Of a DNA stretch of 32,000 nucleotides, positions 29,513 to 32,000 are shown one piece after another. The stretch lies in assembly GCA_025839675.1 (NCBI GenBank), contig CP104013.1, positions 4,890,001 through 4,922,000 of the forward strand, in the 5' to 3' direction. The DNA comes from Candidatus Lokiarchaeum ossiferum (GTDB taxonomy: Archaea > Asgardarchaeota > Lokiarchaeia > Sigyniarchaeales > Promethearchaeaceae). The notes below the pieces were generated by a model. The model saw only the letters and a program-made list of their open reading frames with translations, had not been told where the DNA came from and ran no database searches. Numbering within the stretch: the stretch's first letter is position 1; every line of letters begins with the position of its first letter. The translations under genes were made by a program, and so were the position numbers.

Positions 29513-31879
29513 TTACATTGAAGCTCTATTTTTTAATATTTTTTCCACTTTGTGATCCAGTTGATTTAAAAAGGACAAATAAGCAGTTGATTTAAACAAG
29601 CGATTCTGGATGGTTTTTGGTTTGTCAATCAAGCTTTGATCTTGTTTACACAACGTAGCAATAAATTTCAAGATGAATTCTTCTAGTTCCTTTGCAAAAC
29701 TGCTAAGCTCCAGATGGTTCAAGTCTTTAGAACAATATTCTGGGATGTTAACGTCCAATGGATGCTTATGAATGTTTCGAAGACTTCCGGATGCTCCAGT
29801 ACTGCCTACCTTCTTAACTCGTCTTGTAATATATGGACTATTTAAAATTCCCAGCAGAAAATATGCTTCTGGAAGTGTTTCAGGTATAAAAAAGTAGAGG
29901 GATGTGTCAATAATCGCAGGATCTGTTATTATGGCGGCTTTTACGATACTTCCAATTCCATTGTATACTACTTTTGGCTGCATAAATTGGCGAGGGTCAC
30001 TCAGAGCTTTCCCATAGTTAAGTCGTTGAAGTAAATTTGAGATTTGAGCTCCATCTTTCTTGTGTTCTTGATACAATTTGGTAAGCAATTGGTAGTGTTT
30101 TTTAGCAAAGGGTGTTTTTGGCGAATTTACTGTGTAAGAATGATCTGATTCTTTGTTCAAAGGCAAAAAGGCGTGATACTTTTGAATATACTGAAATGGG
30201 ATTAATCCCGTACTTTTTGCTACTGAAAAACAGTATTTACTCTCAATTTGAGCGCGTTCAAAGGCTTTGAATTGCCAAGTGCTATACTTTTTGGATTGAA
30301 TCCATCGGGATGGTTGAATTGTTATTATTTTTTGAACTCGGTCTTTTTCATTCGAAATAGGTTCTATAAACAGTAAATTTCTGGGAACTAACGACGCTCC
30401 CTGACGAAATTTCGACTTATATGAAGATTCTTGTTTTCCATTTTTTGAAATTCCATTTACAATGGCTGAAATCATTTTTTTTTGAGTGGTTGGATCAAAA
30501 GGAGCTAATCTTCCAACTAAGAACGAACAATCTGTTTTTATTGGGTTATAGGGGCTCTTTTCTATCTTTGAATCTTTGTTTGTGATACTCATTGGAAAAT
30601 ACCATTGGGTTGAAGCTAATTTTACAGAAAAGGGGTTTTCCACACAGTCAAAGATGTTCCATTTAATCTTCAATCGATCTTCTAAAGACATTTTTCCTTT
30701 CTCTGCTTTCATACAATGATTATGGATCCGAAAAACATCTTTGGTAAATGCCCAAAATTCAATATTTTTTAAACCTGTGAATTGACGAAACAGAGCATGC
30801 TGTCCCGCATTTGCTAAACTGGCCGGGGTCACAAAAAACATTTTTCCTCCCTCCTCCAAATTCTGTCGTTGAGAATGGGTGATAAAAATGGTTGTCAACT
30901 CTGTTGAAGTTGCTAATTTTCCCCCTAATAAGATTCCATAATCCATCCCTAATTTTTTGATTCTCGTTTTTTCTTCTTTTGACGAGATTCGATTTAATAC
31001 AACCCAAGGAGGATTTCCTATAAGTAAATCCATTTTTACTTGTGAAACATGGTTTGTTGGATTTGAAGGAAAAAGAAAATTGTCGTGAATTATTTTGGGA
31101 TCAATTAACTGATTCATTTGTTCTTCTTGGATTAAAATCAGATTTGCTCTTGCCATAAAACAAGCTAGGGGATTAATATCAATGCCATGTAGATTATTGT
31201 AAGCTTCTCTCTTTTCTACCATAGTTTTTTTTGAAGTGAATATTTTTTTAGCAATCTCACAAAGAAACGTGCCGGATCCGCATGAGGGATCTAAAACACG
31301 GTCACCAAACTCGTAAATGTCTCCCACCATCAAATGAGCTAACTCTGAATGGGTATAAAATTCCCCTTGGGGATGGCGAGTGGTGTTTGCAATCAATTCT
31401 TGATATATTTGCGTAAAAAGATCTTCTTTTTTAAATGAAACTGTCTTGAATGACTCTAATTTTTCATATTCTGCAAAGAAAATATTGATTATTTCTTGAT
31501 TTTCAATAATCCACCTCATATATGACGGGATTTTTAATAATTTTTCCATACTGTGAAATTTATTCTGAACCGTGCTTATTTGATCCGCATTTTTTTTATT
31601 TGGATTCCTTTCTTGAAAGATATAGATTATAAAAAACACTGATGTTATCAATTGAACGTGTTTTACAAACAATTCTTGATTAACCTCATCTTGCAGATAT
31701 AAATTTCGGAAGGATTCTTGCCATATTTTAAAATTGGCTTGGATCTTGTTGATTCCTCCCATTTGTAATTTCGAAGTTACTATTTTTTTCAGTTCTTTGC
31801 CGATTGGAGAAGAAGTTCCCCATTTTTCCATCAACCACGATCCACTGATCATAAAATTAAGTTTTTGCTCCTTCTCCAT
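29513..31879 (-). CDS. N6-adenine DNA methyltransferase (gamma class, Eco57I/TaqI-like catalytic core with large N- and C-terminal domains)
   Basis: The motif order is X-I-IV: 'GEFYTHSELAHLMV', 'VLDPSCGSGTFL', 'LHGIDINPLACFMARANL' and 'DLLIGNPPW'. The ~170-aa N-terminal domain is helical and the ~380-aa C-terminal region is target-recognition-like. I saw no PD-(D/E)xK nuclease motif. Confidence 0.8.
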   Translation of the reverse strand: MEKEQKLNFMISGSWLMEKWGTSSPIGKELKKIVTSKLQMGGINKIQANFKIWQESFRNLYLQDEVNQELFVKHVQLITSVFFIIYIFQERNPNKKNADQISTVQNKFHSMEKLLKIPSYMRWIIENQEIINIFFAEYEKLESFKTVSFKKEDLFTQIYQELIANTTRHPQGEFYTHSELAHLMVGDIYEFGDRVLDPSCGSGTFLCEIAKKIFTSKKTMVEKREAYNNLHGIDINPLACFMARANLILIQEEQMNQLIDPKIIHDNFLFPSNPTNHVSQVKMDLLIGNPPWVVLNRISSKEEKTRIKKLGMDYGILLGGKLATSTELTTIFITHSQRQNLEEGGKMFFVTPASLANAGQHALFRQFTGLKNIEFWAFTKDVFRIHNHCMKAEKGKMSLEDRLKIKWNIFDCVENPFSVKLASTQWYFPMSITNKDSKIEKSPYNPIKTDCSFLVGRLAPFDPTTQKKMISAIVNGISKNGKQESSYKSKFRQGASLVPRNLLFIEPISNEKDRVQKIITIQPSRWIQSKKYSTWQFKAFERAQIESKYCFSVAKSTGLIPFQYIQKYHAFLPLNKESDHSYTVNSPKTPFAKKHYQLLTKLYQEHKKDGAQISNLLQRLNYGKALSDPRQFMQPKVVYNGIGSIVKAAIITDPAIIDTSLYFFIPETLPEAYFLLGILNSPYITRRVKKVGSTGASGSLRNIHKHPLDVNIPEYCSKDLNHLELSSFAKELEEFILKFIATLCKQDQSLIDKPKTIQNRLFKSTAYLSFLNQLDHKVEKILKNRASM

Positions 31880-31931
31880 TAGCTATTATAATCCATGCTT
31901 TTATTTTAAACCCATTTTTTTATTGATCTTG

Positions 31932-32000
31932 ATGGATGTAAAATATAGATTTACAATCGTTCGCCATGGTCAAACACCTGGAAACTCAAGTAATCGTTAT
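31932..32000 (+). CDS. histidine phosphatase (phosphoglycerate-mutase-like) superfamily protein, N-terminal fragment (continues beyond window)
   Basis: From ATG 31932 the translation is 'MDVKYRFTIVRHGQTPGNSSNRY', which contains the RHG.T..N catalytic signature. The ORF is cut by the window end, so it is absent from the ORF track. Confidence 0.55.
   Translation, partial: MDVKYRFTIVRHGQTPGNSSNRY

Noticed and set aside
28011-31931. tRNA-Arg-flanked genomic island or restriction-modification locus.
   Set aside because: I found no integrase, transposase, restriction endonuclease or direct repeat of the tRNA 3' end. The gene between the tRNA and the methylase is a metabolic TIM-barrel protein. 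I kept only the weaker orphan-methylase observation.

Overview
AT-rich, densely coding archaeal chromosomal window with about 29 CDS (two truncated at the window edges) and one tRNA. I saw no rRNA, CRISPR array, transposase or integrase. Archaeal housekeeping genes are present: type-2 methionine aminopeptidase, a geranylgeranyl-reductase-family flavoprotein, an IDI-2-like TIM barrel, Nnr, RNase HI, malic enzyme and an Ldh_2 dehydrogenase. They are interleaved with eukaryotic-signature-type proteins, which points to an Asgard (Lokiarchaeia-like) genome. This assignment is an inference from gene content and composition only.

Main observations:
- Folliculin-like longin domains. A 163-aa ORF (544-1035) aligns by eye to the folliculin/Lst7 longin domain, including the 'LARG' arginine-finger motif. 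A paralogous domain lacking that Arg is fused to a roughly 230-aa coiled coil (16512-17654).
- Other platform-domain proteins. There is a third, sybindin/sedlin-type longin-like protein (8281-8937) and a Roadblock/LC7 protein (4940-5353). No GTPase is visible in the window.
- Cytoskeleton-like cluster. A gelsolin-domain protein (4122-4901) lies two genes upstream of a vWA protein (5450-7741). The vWA protein carries three beta-barrel-like modules and a proline-rich tract encoded by a near-perfect 24-bp tandem repeat.
- An apparent operon of a YbjN-like protein, a 645-aa orphan multidomain protein, a GCS2-type ligase with a Lys/Ser-rich disordered head, and an amidohydrolase (9022-14884).
- A divergently arranged pair of exported peptidases. 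One has a 198-aa internal duplication.
- A tRNA-Arg(CCT) next to a divergent IDI-2-like gene and a solitary 788-aa N6-adenine DNA methyltransferase.

All functional calls rest on motif recognition by eye and recalled family signatures. No database search was run.
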